Both the position numbers and the translations under genes were made by a program. Below are positions 8,952 to 18,317 of a stretch of 64,000 bases of DNA, in pieces. Under the pieces are notes generated by a model, which was not told the DNA's origin, did no database searches, and saw only the letters and a program-made list of their open reading frames with translations. Each line of letters starts with the position of its first letter. Position 1 is the first letter of the stretch. The stretch is from an uncultured Bifidobacteriaceae bacterium (GTDB lineage Bacteria; Verrucomicrobiota; Verrucomicrobiia; Limisphaerales; UBA11358), in assembly GCA_964475285.1 (NCBI GenBank), contig CAYYWB010000001.1:6529-70528 (forward strand), written 5' to 3'.

Positions 8952-9254
8952 TCACCTCTTCCTGCGGTTCAGGATGGGGAGTTCGGAATGCGGCGAGATG
9001 TGGAACAGCTTGGGCGGCTGCTCAAACCGCACTGGCTTGTCGAAGCGGGTTTTGAAGGTCCGCACGCGCTGGTTCATGATGATGACCGCCGAGCATTCGT
9101 TGACGCGGATGACGCGGCAGAGCCGTTCGTTGAGCCGGATGACATCCCCGGCCCGCAGCTTGAACGGATACTCCGGCAGCCGCCAGAGGATGCCAAACTC
9201 GGACTGGTCCGGGTCGCGGCCGTTCTGCTTCCCGCCGGACAGTTTGGTTTTCAT
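8952..9254 (-). CDS. hypothetical protein (100 aa)
   Basis: The start MKTKLSGGK at 9254 forms an ATGA overlap with the stop of the upstream gene (9251-9253). Confidence 0.5.
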   Translation of the reverse strand: MKTKLSGGKQNGRDPDQSEFGILWRLPEYPFKLRAGDVIRLNERLCRVIRVNECSAVIIMNQRVRTFKTRFDKPVRFEQPPKLFHISPHSELPILNRRKR

Positions 9255-9580
9255 ACGCCGCAATCCTCCATCGCGTCAACGATGGCGTCCTCGTCGTCGC
9301 CCAAGAGCTCGACGATGCCGGCCTTGAGCGCGGCCTTGTCGGGATCGGGCCTGGCGTCCTTGGGACACGCCGGGCAGCGCATGACGTTTAGAACCGAGCC
9401 GCCGAATTCAAAGCCGACGGCCTTGAACTTCTCGCGGTAGCGATCCAGCAACTTCACGTTCGGCGACAACTGCGTCCATGCCTTCGCCTCGGCGTGGGAC
9501 AGGTCGGTTTCAAAGATGGCGTCATGCCGCAGGTGATACGCATCCCACGGCTCGCCACAGGTGGTGCAATGAACATCCAT
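9251..9580 (-). CDS. hypothetical Cys-rich (possible zinc-ribbon) protein (109 aa)
   Basis: The start MDVHCTTCGEPW at 9580 follows GGAG. CxxC...CPAC pairs are present. Confidence 0.5.
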   Translation of the reverse strand: MDVHCTTCGEPWDAYHLRHDAIFETDLSHAEAKAWTQLSPNVKLLDRYREKFKAVGFEFGGSVLNVMRCPACPKDARPDPDKAALKAGIVELLGDDEDAIVDAMEDCGV

Positions 9581-9727
9581 GATGAATCTCCTTTCTGTGT
9601 GTGGTTGAAAAGAACCCTGTGAACCCGGGGTGAAGCGTATGGCACCGTGCGAAGGCACCAAAGACGGTCTGACTTGCCAGATGCGGCAAGTGAGAAAAAA
9701 GGCGACCCGTATGGATCGCCCTTGTGT
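9581..9727 (-). repeat. intergenic cassette copy 4 (palindrome 9672-9691)
   Basis: ACTTGCCAGATGCGGCAAGT plus the hairpin GGCGACCCGTATGGATCGCC and the conserved leader GGGTTCACAGGGTTC. Confidence 0.8.
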
Positions 9728-10015
9728 TTAGTAGTCTTCAGGCATCAAAACCGATGTCACGGAGCGATCTGCCTCGGTGATGAGCCAGAATTTGACGCCA
9801 TTGCCGGTGTGATACGCCGACCAAAGGCGCGTGCCTTCGACAAGCGCACGCTCGTTGGCTGCGCGGTCGTCTTCGCTGACATCGCCCCAATCACCGGCTT
9901 GGTGCCGTCCGATGGCAAGCAGGATGTCCTCTTGCGTCAATCGGTCGAGCGCGTTCGGCGTGGATACGATCCTGCCAAGCCGAAACTTGGCAATGGGCTG
10001 GGTATTCGCGGTCAT
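9728..10015 (-). CDS. conserved plasmid-associated hypothetical protein (GDWG motif)
   Basis: 95 aa, containing HQAGDWGDVSEDDRAANERAL. It has an ATGA overlap with the upstream gene at 10012-10015. The family name is not recalled with certainty. Confidence 0.5.
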   Translation of the reverse strand: MTANTQPIAKFRLGRIVSTPNALDRLTQEDILLAIGRHQAGDWGDVSEDDRAANERALVEGTRLWSAYHTGNGVKFWLITEADRSVTSVLMPEDY

Positions 10016-10338
10016 ACCGCAATTCCTTCCGCCTCGAAATTGCGGATGTTTTGGAGTGTCTGGTCAATTACCTGACCGGTCAGCGTCCAGCTTCGTTTCC
10101 GTGGCAGTTCGACGATCACCGCCCACTTGAAGCGCTGATACATGTCCAGCGCCTGCCGATCGTCGGTCAGATGGTCGGCGAGAATGGCCAGCGCCAGTTG
10201 TGCCGGGCCGCTGCCGCAATATCCCCATTCAAACCCCGTCGGACTGTGGTTATACAAATCCAGCCGGGGATTGAGCGGACGGCCGTCCACGGTGACGATG
10301 ACAGCGTAACCCTGCCGCCTTCCTTCGTATGTTTTCAT
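10012..10338 (-). CDS. hypothetical protein, DUF6166-like
   Basis: 108 aa containing YNHSPTGFEWGYCGSGPAQLALAIL. The family assignment is from memory only. Confidence 0.45.
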   Translation of the reverse strand: MKTYEGRRQGYAVIVTVDGRPLNPRLDLYNHSPTGFEWGYCGSGPAQLALAILADHLTDDRQALDMYQRFKWAVIVELPRKRSWTLTGQVIDQTLQNIRNFEAEGIAV

Positions 10339-10362
10339 GTGATCCTCCTTTCCGGTTGATTT

Positions 10363-10797
10363 TCAGAGTTCGAGGCAATGATCCTCGACGGCGTTACCCG
10401 CCACCTTGGTGATGCCCTTGAAGCCCATGCCCATTTCCTCGTAATCAAGGAGGAAGATGAGAGCGGGCCAATCGGGGGCGATTTTTGACAGGAACGGAAC
10501 GGGCGGGGTCCAGGCTGTCTCGAAGGCATATTCGAGACGCCCCTCCCATTCATCCACCAGTGCGGCGGAACAGGCACCCCATTTGCAGCCCCAGTTTCTG
10601 AGTTCCCATTCGTAGCCAGCCTGCTCATAGCCTGTGGAGAGGATCTCCGGCGGGATGGGCAGGAGGCTGTGGAAGTTGAGGGCGTTCTTTTCTCCTTCCG
10701 CGTGCCACGGTGAATGGCCGATGGCTTTTTCCTTGAACCGTTTAATGTCCTCGTCCGGTCCATGGACCACGAGTTTGTTGTTGCACCAATTGGGCAT
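10363..10797 (-). CDS. hypothetical protein, DUF1281-like
   Basis: The start MPNWCNNKLVVHGP is at 10797. This N-terminal signature recalls plasmid DUF1281/YubB-like proteins, from memory only. Confidence 0.45.
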   Translation of the reverse strand: MPNWCNNKLVVHGPDEDIKRFKEKAIGHSPWHAEGEKNALNFHSLLPIPPEILSTGYEQAGYEWELRNWGCKWGACSAALVDEWEGRLEYAFETAWTPPVPFLSKIAPDWPALIFLLDYEEMGMGFKGITKVAGNAVEDHCLEL

Positions 10798-10807
10798 AAT
10801 TCTCCTT

Positions 10808-11833
10808 TCAGGCGAACAATGCCGCCACGTCCTCGGCGGACAGTTGATCCGGTTGCGCACCGGGCTGGTCGAAAACGTGCATTTTGACGAAACAGAATTT
10901 CGCCAGACGAACGGCAATGTCCTCCCGTCCCGCTTCGCCCGCCTCGTCCTCGTCGAGCATGACGATGACCTGGCTATGGCGGTCGGTGTGTCTCTTGATC
11001 AACTCCTCCTGCGCGGCTGACATGGTGCTGCCCATCAAGGCAACCACCTTGCGATAGCCGGACTGGTGGAGTTTCATGCAATCGAAGAATCCCTCGACGA
11101 TGACAAGCGGCATATCCCTCGGTTCCTTGATGGCCCGGTCAATGTTGAACAACTCCTGCGATTTGCGGAATCCCTGGGGCAGTTTGTATTTGGGCGTGTC
11201 CTCGGCTGGTTCACCGGGGAAGCGGCCTGCATACGCTACGACATTGCCTTCCGGGTTTTGGATGGGAATGGCAATCCGGTCCGCCATCATGCCTTTGGCG
11301 CAGAAGCCGATGCCGAAATCCACGATGGTTTCGAGCGTCAGGCCGCGTTCGGCCAGATATGGATGGCTGCGCTCAAGCTTGTCCAAGCGGAACTTCAATG
11401 GCTTGTTGGGTGTGCCGTTTTCCTGAACCGGTGATGGTTTTGCGGCCGGTTTCGGTTTGGGCGCGTCCCCGGCCTTCGGCGCGTCGCTTGTCTCTCCGGC
11501 TTCCTCGTGGGAATCCGCCGACATGGCTTCGGGGTCGAGGTTGAACCATTCAATGGCTTTCAACGCCGCCGCGTGGACGCTCACGTCCTCCATCCGAACG
11601 ATGAAATCGAGGACGTTGCCGCCGTGCTTACATTCAGAAAAACAGTTCCAGATGTTTTTGCTGATGCTCACCCGGAACTGCGTCGGGTTGCTGCCTTTGT
11701 GGATCGGACACGGGCCGCTCAAGCTGTCGCTGCCGCGCTTGAACTTGTCCAGGATGCCGTAGTGCTCAAGCACCTGCTCCATTGTGATGGCCGCTTTGAC
11801 GGCCTTGAAGTCAACGAACGATGATTTTGGCAT
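10808..11833 (-). CDS. DnaG-type DNA primase (CHC2 zinc finger + TOPRIM)
   Basis: The zinc finger is CPIHKGSNPTQFRVSISKNIWNCFSECKHGG. The TOPRIM signature is VIVEGFFDCMKL...VMLDEDEAGEAG. I chose the start MPKSSF at 11833, after GGAG. Confidence 0.8.
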   Translation of the reverse strand: MPKSSFVDFKAVKAAITMEQVLEHYGILDKFKRGSDSLSGPCPIHKGSNPTQFRVSISKNIWNCFSECKHGGNVLDFIVRMEDVSVHAAALKAIEWFNLDPEAMSADSHEEAGETSDAPKAGDAPKPKPAAKPSPVQENGTPNKPLKFRLDKLERSHPYLAERGLTLETIVDFGIGFCAKGMMADRIAIPIQNPEGNVVAYAGRFPGEPAEDTPKYKLPQGFRKSQELFNIDRAIKEPRDMPLVIVEGFFDCMKLHQSGYRKVVALMGSTMSAAQEELIKRHTDRHSQVIVMLDEDEAGEAGREDIAVRLAKFCFVKMHVFDQPGAQPDQLSAEDVAALFA

Positions 11834-11924
11834 ATTTCTCCTGTGGTTATTTGGTTGTGATGAACTGGTGCGGCTCCAAAATTGAGCTGCATCTAAAGGC
11901 AAGCCTATCCGTCTCAATGAAAAC

Positions 11925-12860
11925 CTAGGAGACGGGACCACTTGCCAAATTTGGCAAGTCCAGGATGCCTGCCGTTTCGCTGGATTTGCCGCGCCGCCAG
12001 ACCGCAGAGAACGGGTCTTTCTCCAAAACCGTCCGGTCGGCAAACAGAAACAGACCATGACCGCGTTTCAATTGGGAACAGGCTTCAAGAAGCGATGTCA
12101 CCCGCGCGGCAACCGTGGTGACGGTCAGAACACGGAAACGATGGATGCCGAGACGCCGCTGGTGAATCTTCTGCGTCCAGGTTGCTTCGTATGCGATGAG
12201 TTTGCGGTAAAAGGATGTTTGCGTCAGTCCGCTTCGCACAACCGGCATGGTGCCCCGGTCGGCTTCGAGGAAAAAATGCACCCGCTCTGGTCGGCCGTTC
12301 TGATCCCTGTATTCCAAGGCGAATACCCGGTCGGGGATGACGCCGAGCCTGATGCCGCCCGGCGTCTTTACGCGCCACTGAAACGGCTCTCGTTCCGAGC
12401 GGAGCGCAAGCTGGTCCTCGTAGAGCGGTTTGATACCGCCATGTTTTCGGCAGGCGAGTTCAAGGGACACCATCATGTCTGAAACCAAGAGCGCGTGTTC
12501 AAGGAATATCCGGCCTACGGCGCGGTTCTTCTCGCCCCAGGACACTTCCCGAAAATCCACGTTAAGTTCCTGCTTCAAAAACGCCCGGCTTTTGCTTCCT
12601 AACCCGTAAATGATGTGTTGCGAACCGCCGTTGCCGTAGCGGTCAATTTGCGCGCGGGGCCGCTCCAAATATCCGTGGTGGTAAAGCAATTTCAGCCGCC
12701 GCAATAGCTGCTGCGGGCTGCCGCCGATGAGCGCCACAATTTGCGTTGAACGGAGAAAACGATGCCGGTGAACGAGCCGGATGATTCGGTGGTCGCGTTC
12801 CGTGAGCCGCATGGGAGCGACTGTGGGAGCGCGTTTGAAGCGGGGAAGGCGGGATACCAT
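11925..12860 (-). CDS. replication-relaxation (Replic_Relax) family protein
   Basis: N-terminal winged-helix-like LTERDHRIIRLVHRHRFLRSTQIVALIGGSPQQLLRRLKLLYHHGYLER. An alternative start MRLTERD is possible. The 3' end overlaps palindrome 11940-11959. Confidence 0.65.
   Translation of the reverse strand: MVSRLPRFKRAPTVAPMRLTERDHRIIRLVHRHRFLRSTQIVALIGGSPQQLLRRLKLLYHHGYLERPRAQIDRYGNGGSQHIIYGLGSKSRAFLKQELNVDFREVSWGEKNRAVGRIFLEHALLVSDMMVSLELACRKHGGIKPLYEDQLALRSEREPFQWRVKTPGGIRLGVIPDRVFALEYRDQNGRPERVHFFLEADRGTMPVVRSGLTQTSFYRKLIAYEATWTQKIHQRRLGIHRFRVLTVTTVAARVTSLLEACSQLKRGHGLFLFADRTVLEKDPFSAVWRRGKSSETAGILDLPNLASGPVS
11940..11959 (-). promoter_or_regulatory. palindrome copy 5 upstream of primase gene
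   Basis: ACTTGCCAAATTTGGCAAGT, followed in gene direction by GGTC-CCGTCT. Confidence 0.6.
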
Positions 12861-12904
12861 CCTGCCACATTGCCGGAGCTACAAGAAACGAAGAAGACAT
12901 GACG

Positions 12905-12924
12905 ACTTGCGATTTTGGGCAAGT
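12905..12924 (-). promoter_or_regulatory. palindrome copy 6 (degenerate) upstream of Replic_Relax gene
   Basis: ACTTGCGATTTTGGGCAAGT, followed in gene direction by CGTC-ATGTCT. Confidence 0.5.
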
Positions 12925-13101
12925 GCGAATACTCATGCCGCAAAACTTGGAGGCGAACTGCCCGGCGCGCTGCGCCGGTGTGACATTCTAAAAAACCTTG
13001 GGCATTCTCTCGACACCCAGCGGTAACGCTTTGAACAGGAAAAGCAAGCTCGACAGCATTGGCAAAAAAACATAACCTTTTCGGAAAACCGTAATACGTG
13101 T

Positions 13102-14049
13102 ATGATGGTTCAGAGAGGTTATCGGATTGCAGGCCACGAGTCTTTTCCGTGCCGCTACACATGGCTGCCCAAGACCATGCGCGGGTTGCAGGGGAATCCC
13201 AAACTTTTTTCAGACGACGAGAGCGCAATGGTGAGCTTGGGTGTTGGCAAAAATATGGTTCGGTCGATTCGTTTTTGGGCGCAAGTGACCGGGATGGCCG
13301 AGCCTTTGGTGCGAAACGCCGGGTATCAGCCAACGACAATTGGCCAGCTCGTGCTGGGTGCCAACGGACGCGATCCATTTCTCGAAGATATTCGGACGCT
13401 GTGGCTCATTCATTGGAATTTGTCCACGGACATTGAAACCCCCCTTCTGGCCTGGGATTATTTGCTGAACAAATGGCAGGAAACCGACCTCGTGCAGAGC
13501 CGTATTTTGAAAGAATTGGAACAGGAGGTTTCAAAGCTGGACGACAAGTTTTCCATCGTAACGCTGGAGCAGCATTTTGAAACCTTCCTCCATACCTACA
13601 TCCCCACGCGCGGGCGGAAAGGCGAAGTGCAGGAGGACAATCTTGATTGCCCGCTTGTTGAATTGGGACTTCTTATGAGGGTCGGTGAGCGCGAAACTGA
13701 TAAAATCGCGGGCCGGCGCGAGCCAATTTACAACTTTAATCGTGAAGAAAAGCCCGAAATCACTTCTGACCTTTTCGTTTATTGTTTGAACGATTTTTGG
13801 CGGAAACGCCATCCAAACGATGAAACACTCCAGTTCAGGGAGGTTGCTCATGGACATGGCAGCCCGGGTCGTGTTTTCAAATTGGCAGAGGAGGACGTTC
13901 GAGTGAGGGTTGAGCGTTTGGCGCGAGAAACCGAAGGGTATTTCAGCTACAACGAATCATCCGTTTTGCAACAAGTCCGTCGAAGAGGTTGGCGTGACCA
14001 AGAAGTCTTGCTGAAAGCGATTTACATAAACGAGGTGCAGTATGCGTGA
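13102..14049 (+). CDS. sspB: SspB-like DUF4007 protein (phosphorothioation nickase family)
   Basis: 315 aa. The N-terminal signature is GHESFPCRYTWLPK. It lies directly upstream of, and overlaps by 8 nt, a large P-loop gene that is followed by a PAPS-reductase-like gene. Confidence 0.6.
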   Translation: MMVQRGYRIAGHESFPCRYTWLPKTMRGLQGNPKLFSDDESAMVSLGVGKNMVRSIRFWAQVTGMAEPLVRNAGYQPTTIGQLVLGANGRDPFLEDIRTLWLIHWNLSTDIETPLLAWDYLLNKWQETDLVQSRILKELEQEVSKLDDKFSIVTLEQHFETFLHTYIPTRGRKGEVQEDNLDCPLVELGLLMRVGERETDKIAGRREPIYNFNREEKPEITSDLFVYCLNDFWRKRHPNDETLQFREVAHGHGSPGRVFKLAEEDVRVRVERLARETEGYFSYNESSVLQQVRRRGWRDQEVLLKAIYINEVQYA

Positions 14050-17000
14050 TAAACACGTTCTCGACCTGTTTCAGATAAAAACCAGATTTCTTCGCTCCGC
14101 GCAATTGGAACGCGACTTCGGTGACCCTGACGCGTTTGCAGGTTACGTCATGACAGATTTTGCACACTCGTGCTTGGGACGCGTAGCCGCCGGTTTGAGG
14201 CCAAAATCCAGTCAGCGAGCCTGGCGCATGACTGGTGATTATGGATCGGGTAAATCCAGTTTCGCATTATTGCTGGCGCATTGGTTTGCTGGCAACGATT
14301 CCGTATTTCCGCCTCAAATTCGTAAAGCGGTTAACTTTCATCAATTCGGCGTCTCGAATCCGCATTTCGTTCCAGTTTTGCTGACATGCTCCCGGCAGGC
14401 TTTGGGCACGACTATTTTGAAGTCGTTGCATCAAACAGTTAGTGAAGTTTACGGCAAAGGGGAAAAATCTCGTCTGGCAGTCGAGTTGGGAAAACTTCTA
14501 AACGGCAAAAACGAGCCGTCCGACGAACAGGTTCTAAACGCCCTGTTGGAGGTGAATTCACGGATCATCGCTGATTGCAAAGGCAACGGCCTAATTTTGA
14601 TTCTCGACGAATTGGGGAAGTTTTTTGAATTCGCCGCGCTTCATCCTCAACGCCAAGACGTGTTCCTTTTACAGCGGCTCGCCGAAACCGCCTCGCGCAG
14701 CGGCAACGAACCGCTGTTTGTTGTCTGCCTGCTCCACCAAGGATTCAATGCTTACGCCGATTATTTGAATCAATCGGCCCAACGTGAATGGGAAAAAGTC
14801 TCAGGGCGATTTGACGAAATTGTTTTCAATCAGCCCGTCGAGCAAATTGCTTACTTGATAGGCTCAGCCCTAAACATCAATACCGATCAAATTCCTAAGC
14901 CGCAGGCCCACGACCAGAAACATGCGATGGAACGATCCCTCGCACTTGGCTGGTTCGGTTCCGCGAATGCCGAGGGATTACAGAACCTGGCGGTTGATCT
15001 TTACCCGTTGCATCCAGCCATGCTGCCGGTGCTCATTCGCACATTCCGACGATTTGGTCAAAACGAACGGTCGCTTTTCAGTTTCTTGTTGTCGAATGAG
15101 CCATTCGGTTTGCAGACATTTTCCGCCAAGAGCCTCCAAGGAGCCGAGCCGTATCGTCTTCACGATTTTTATGATTATGTTCGCACGAACTTTGGTCATC
15201 GCCTTGTCGCCCAGAGCTATCGTAGTCATTGGAATTTAATTGATTCACTCATTGAGAGTTTTGCCACCGAAGACCCGGTGCAGGTCAAAATCCTCAAAAC
15301 AGTTGGCATTTTAAATCTCTTGAACGATAGCGACCTTGTGCCAACCGAGGAAGCCATCGTGTGCGCACTTGCCGGAACGGACTGCAACGGCCAAAAGCGA
15401 ATTCGCGCAGCCTTGGAAAAACTTCGCACAGGCCGTCGAGTGCTTTATGACCGGGGCCAAGCGCGCGGCCTTTGCCTCTGGCCGCATACCTCAGTTGATC
15501 TTGAAAAGGCATACGAAGATGCACGGCGGGCCATTGAAGTTCCCAAGCGCGTCGCCGGTTTAATCAAAGATTACCTCGAAACACGTCCCATTGTGGCTCG
15601 CCGGCATTACATCGAAACTGGTAATCTGCGGCATTTCGATGTTCGTTATTGCTCAATCACCGAAATGCCGGCAGTGGTTCAGAATCAGACAACAGATTCG
15701 GACGGTTCAATTGTCATTCTGCTTTGTGAAACCGAGCAAGAACGCGATGTCGCTCTCAACTTGGCAACAGCCGCAGAACTTCGGGATAGGATAAATTGGC
15801 TGGTAGCCGTCCCAAGGCCATTGAACAACTTGGCGGGCTTGGTGCAGGAAGTTCAGCGGTGGGATTGGATCGCATCTCAAATCCCCGAATTGAACGCCGA
15901 TAAATACGCCCGCGAAGAAGTGACGCGCCAGAAGATGGATGCACGTTCGCAACTAGAGCGCCGCATTCAAAGCGTTATTGGCTTCAAACAAATGGGCGGA
16001 CAGATGACTCTTGATTGGTTTCATCAAGCCCAACCGCTCGAAATTAGGCACGGCAGACATTTATTGGAGGAACTTTCACGTCTTTGCGACGAGACATACT
16101 CTGAAGCCCCGCGTATTCACAACGAGTTGGTCAACCGGCGTGCATTGAGTTCGGCGGCGGCGGCGGCGCGGATGCGGCTCATTGAGCGAATGTTCACGTC
16201 TGCCAGCCTAGAATGGCTTGGGATGAATCCAGCCAAGAAGCCACCGGAAATGTCTATGTATCTATCGGTGCTTCAGCATACCGGATTTCACCGCAAACAC
16301 CATGAGACATGGCGCATAGACGAACCCGACCATAAAACCGATGAGAATTGTAAAGTCCTTCCGGCGTTGAGACGGATACAAAGTGTCGTCTGTAAAGAAG
16401 CAGATGGCCGCGTGAACGTAGCCACCCTTTTCGATGAGTTGCGGCGTCCTCCCTATGGATTGCGAAATGGCGTTATTCCGATTTTACTCACGGTCTTCGC
16501 CATTGCACACGAACAGGAAGTCAGCTTTTTCAAAGACGGAACGTTCTTGCGCGAGCTAACCGGCGAAATGATGTTGCTGCTTACCAAAGCACCAGATAAA
16601 TTTGAAATCCAATACTGCAAGGTCGAAGGTATTCGCGCCGAACTTTTTGACAAATTGCTTGCGGTTATGGAAGTCAAACACTCGGTGAATCGGAAAACCG
16701 AACTGTTAGACGTTGTAAGACCGCTATGCGCTTTTGTCGCACAACTGCCAAGTTACGTTCTAAACACCAAGAAGTTGAATCCTACCGCCGCCGCCGTGCG
16801 CGATACCATCCTTAACGCCCGTGAGCCAGCAAGCCTTTTGTTCACTGATTTGCCGAAGGCGTGCGGCTTTGAGCGTTTTACTACCGACGCAGCCGCCAAC
16901 AAAACGGTGCAGCTTTTTGTAAAGACATTGAAGGCTGGAATTGACGAACTGCGTGCCGCATTCCCCGAATTGCAGGACCGTCTTCGGAAAAAGTTACGTG

Positions 17001-17497
17001 ATGCCTTCGATCTTCCTGGGACATTTCAGCAATTCAGAACTGCGCTTGCTGGACGCGCTCAACAGGTCGTGTTCGGTGTGACCGAGCCAAAACTAAAAGC
17101 ACTTTGCTTACGCTTGCTTGATGACAATTTGCCTGAAGCTGAATGGCTGGAATCATTGGGCAGCTATCTCGCGCTCAAGCCGCCGTCGAAATGGCATGAT
17201 GCCGAGGAAGATTTGTTCAGCCAGGAACTTGCTGAATTGGCAACACGATTTCATCGTGTCGAAAGTATTATGTTTGTCCGCGGCAAGCCACCCAAGGATG
17301 GTGTTGGCATCCGGTTGGCCATCACCCAAGCCAACGGCACGGAATACGAACAAGTAATTCATGTTGCCGCCGGTGAAGAGCAAAGATTGCATGTGCTACA
17401 AGGCCAATTTGAGGCATTGCTGACAAAAGACAGAAGGCTTGGTTTGGCGGCGGCATCGCGCGCGCTTTGGTCTTCATTGGAAAAAGAGGAGAAATAA
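14042..17497 (+). CDS. sspC: SspC-like large P-loop ATPase (DUF499-like)
   Basis: 1151 aa. The Walker A is GDYGSGKSSFALLL. The position between DUF4007 and PAPS-reductase genes matches the Ssp gene order. Confidence 0.6.
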   Translation: MRDKHVLDLFQIKTRFLRSAQLERDFGDPDAFAGYVMTDFAHSCLGRVAAGLRPKSSQRAWRMTGDYGSGKSSFALLLAHWFAGNDSVFPPQIRKAVNFHQFGVSNPHFVPVLLTCSRQALGTTILKSLHQTVSEVYGKGEKSRLAVELGKLLNGKNEPSDEQVLNALLEVNSRIIADCKGNGLILILDELGKFFEFAALHPQRQDVFLLQRLAETASRSGNEPLFVVCLLHQGFNAYADYLNQSAQREWEKVSGRFDEIVFNQPVEQIAYLIGSALNINTDQIPKPQAHDQKHAMERSLALGWFGSANAEGLQNLAVDLYPLHPAMLPVLIRTFRRFGQNERSLFSFLLSNEPFGLQTFSAKSLQGAEPYRLHDFYDYVRTNFGHRLVAQSYRSHWNLIDSLIESFATEDPVQVKILKTVGILNLLNDSDLVPTEEAIVCALAGTDCNGQKRIRAALEKLRTGRRVLYDRGQARGLCLWPHTSVDLEKAYEDARRAIEVPKRVAGLIKDYLETRPIVARRHYIETGNLRHFDVRYCSITEMPAVVQNQTTDSDGSIVILLCETEQERDVALNLATAAELRDRINWLVAVPRPLNNLAGLVQEVQRWDWIASQIPELNADKYAREEVTRQKMDARSQLERRIQSVIGFKQMGGQMTLDWFHQAQPLEIRHGRHLLEELSRLCDETYSEAPRIHNELVNRRALSSAAAAARMRLIERMFTSASLEWLGMNPAKKPPEMSMYLSVLQHTGFHRKHHETWRIDEPDHKTDENCKVLPALRRIQSVVCKEADGRVNVATLFDELRRPPYGLRNGVIPILLTVFAIAHEQEVSFFKDGTFLRELTGEMMLLLTKAPDKFEIQYCKVEGIRAELFDKLLAVMEVKHSVNRKTELLDVVRPLCAFVAQLPSYVLNTKKLNPTAAAVRDTILNAREPASLLFTDLPKACGFERFTTDAAANKTVQLFVKTLKAGIDELRAAFPELQDRLRKKLRDAFDLPGTFQQFRTALAGRAQQVVFGVTEPKLKALCLRLLDDNLPEAEWLESLGSYLALKPPSKWHDAEEDLFSQELAELATRFHRVESIMFVRGKPPKDGVGIRLAITQANGTEYEQVIHVAAGEEQRLHVLQGQFEALLTKDRRLGLAAASRALWSSLEKEEK

Positions 17498-17498
17498 A

Positions 17499-18308
17499 AT
17501 GAGTAAGCCAATGAGACACATTCTCTGTATGTCAGGGGGGAAAGACAGCACCGCTTTGGCGCTGTATATGCGCGACCGTGTGCAAAACATGGAATATGTT
17601 TTTTGTGACACAGACAAGGAGCTCTCGGAAACTTATGAATATTTGAACCGGGTTGAGGCTTTCTTGGGCAAGAAGATCATTCGCTTAAATGACAAGGCGG
17701 GCTTTGACCATTGGTGGGAAGTTTTCGGTGGGTATTTGCCGTCTCCTCAAATGCGCTGGTGCACCAAATTGCTCAAATTGAAACCGTTTGAGGAATTTGT
17801 CGGTGATAATCCCGTTACCAGTTACGTTGGTATTCGAGCGGACGAAGATCGCACCGGCTACATTAGCACAAAAGAAAATATCAAAGCTGTTTTTCCGTTC
17901 AAAGAAGATGGAATTGATTATGTGGGCGTGATGAAGATTTTAACGGATAGCGGCATCGGGATGCCGCCTTATCTTAAATGGGGCAGGACTCATTCGGGTT
18001 GTTTCTTCTGTTTTTTTCAACGTCCGATTGAGTGGGTGCGCCTGCTTGAGAATCATCCAGAACAGTTCAAACAGGCGATGAAGTATGAAAAAATCAGCGA
18101 TGATCCCGGAAAAACATTTACTTGGGTTCAGGGAATGCCTTTGAGCGATCTCCGCAAACCGGAAAACATCGCTGCGATTAGGCGTCGCTACGCAGAATTC
18201 GAGGAGCGAAGAAAGCAAAACCGAGGCAATAAAAAGCTAGTTGAAATTTTGGCTGATATGGAGCAAGAAGATGACGGACCAAAGGCGTGTCTGATATGCC
18301 AATTGTAG
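17499..18308 (+). CDS. sspD: SspD-like PAPS reductase / PP-loop ATP pyrophosphatase
   Basis: PP-loop SGGKDS in MSKPMRHILCMSGGKDSTALAL. The ATG at 17499 lies 1 nt after the sspC stop. Confidence 0.7.
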   Translation: MSKPMRHILCMSGGKDSTALALYMRDRVQNMEYVFCDTDKELSETYEYLNRVEAFLGKKIIRLNDKAGFDHWWEVFGGYLPSPQMRWCTKLLKLKPFEEFVGDNPVTSYVGIRADEDRTGYISTKENIKAVFPFKEDGIDYVGVMKILTDSGIGMPPYLKWGRTHSGCFFCFFQRPIEWVRLLENHPEQFKQAMKYEKISDDPGKTFTWVQGMPLSDLRKPENIAAIRRRYAEFEERRKQNRGNKKLVEILADMEQEDDGPKACLICQL

Positions 18309-18317
18309 TATTTGCTT

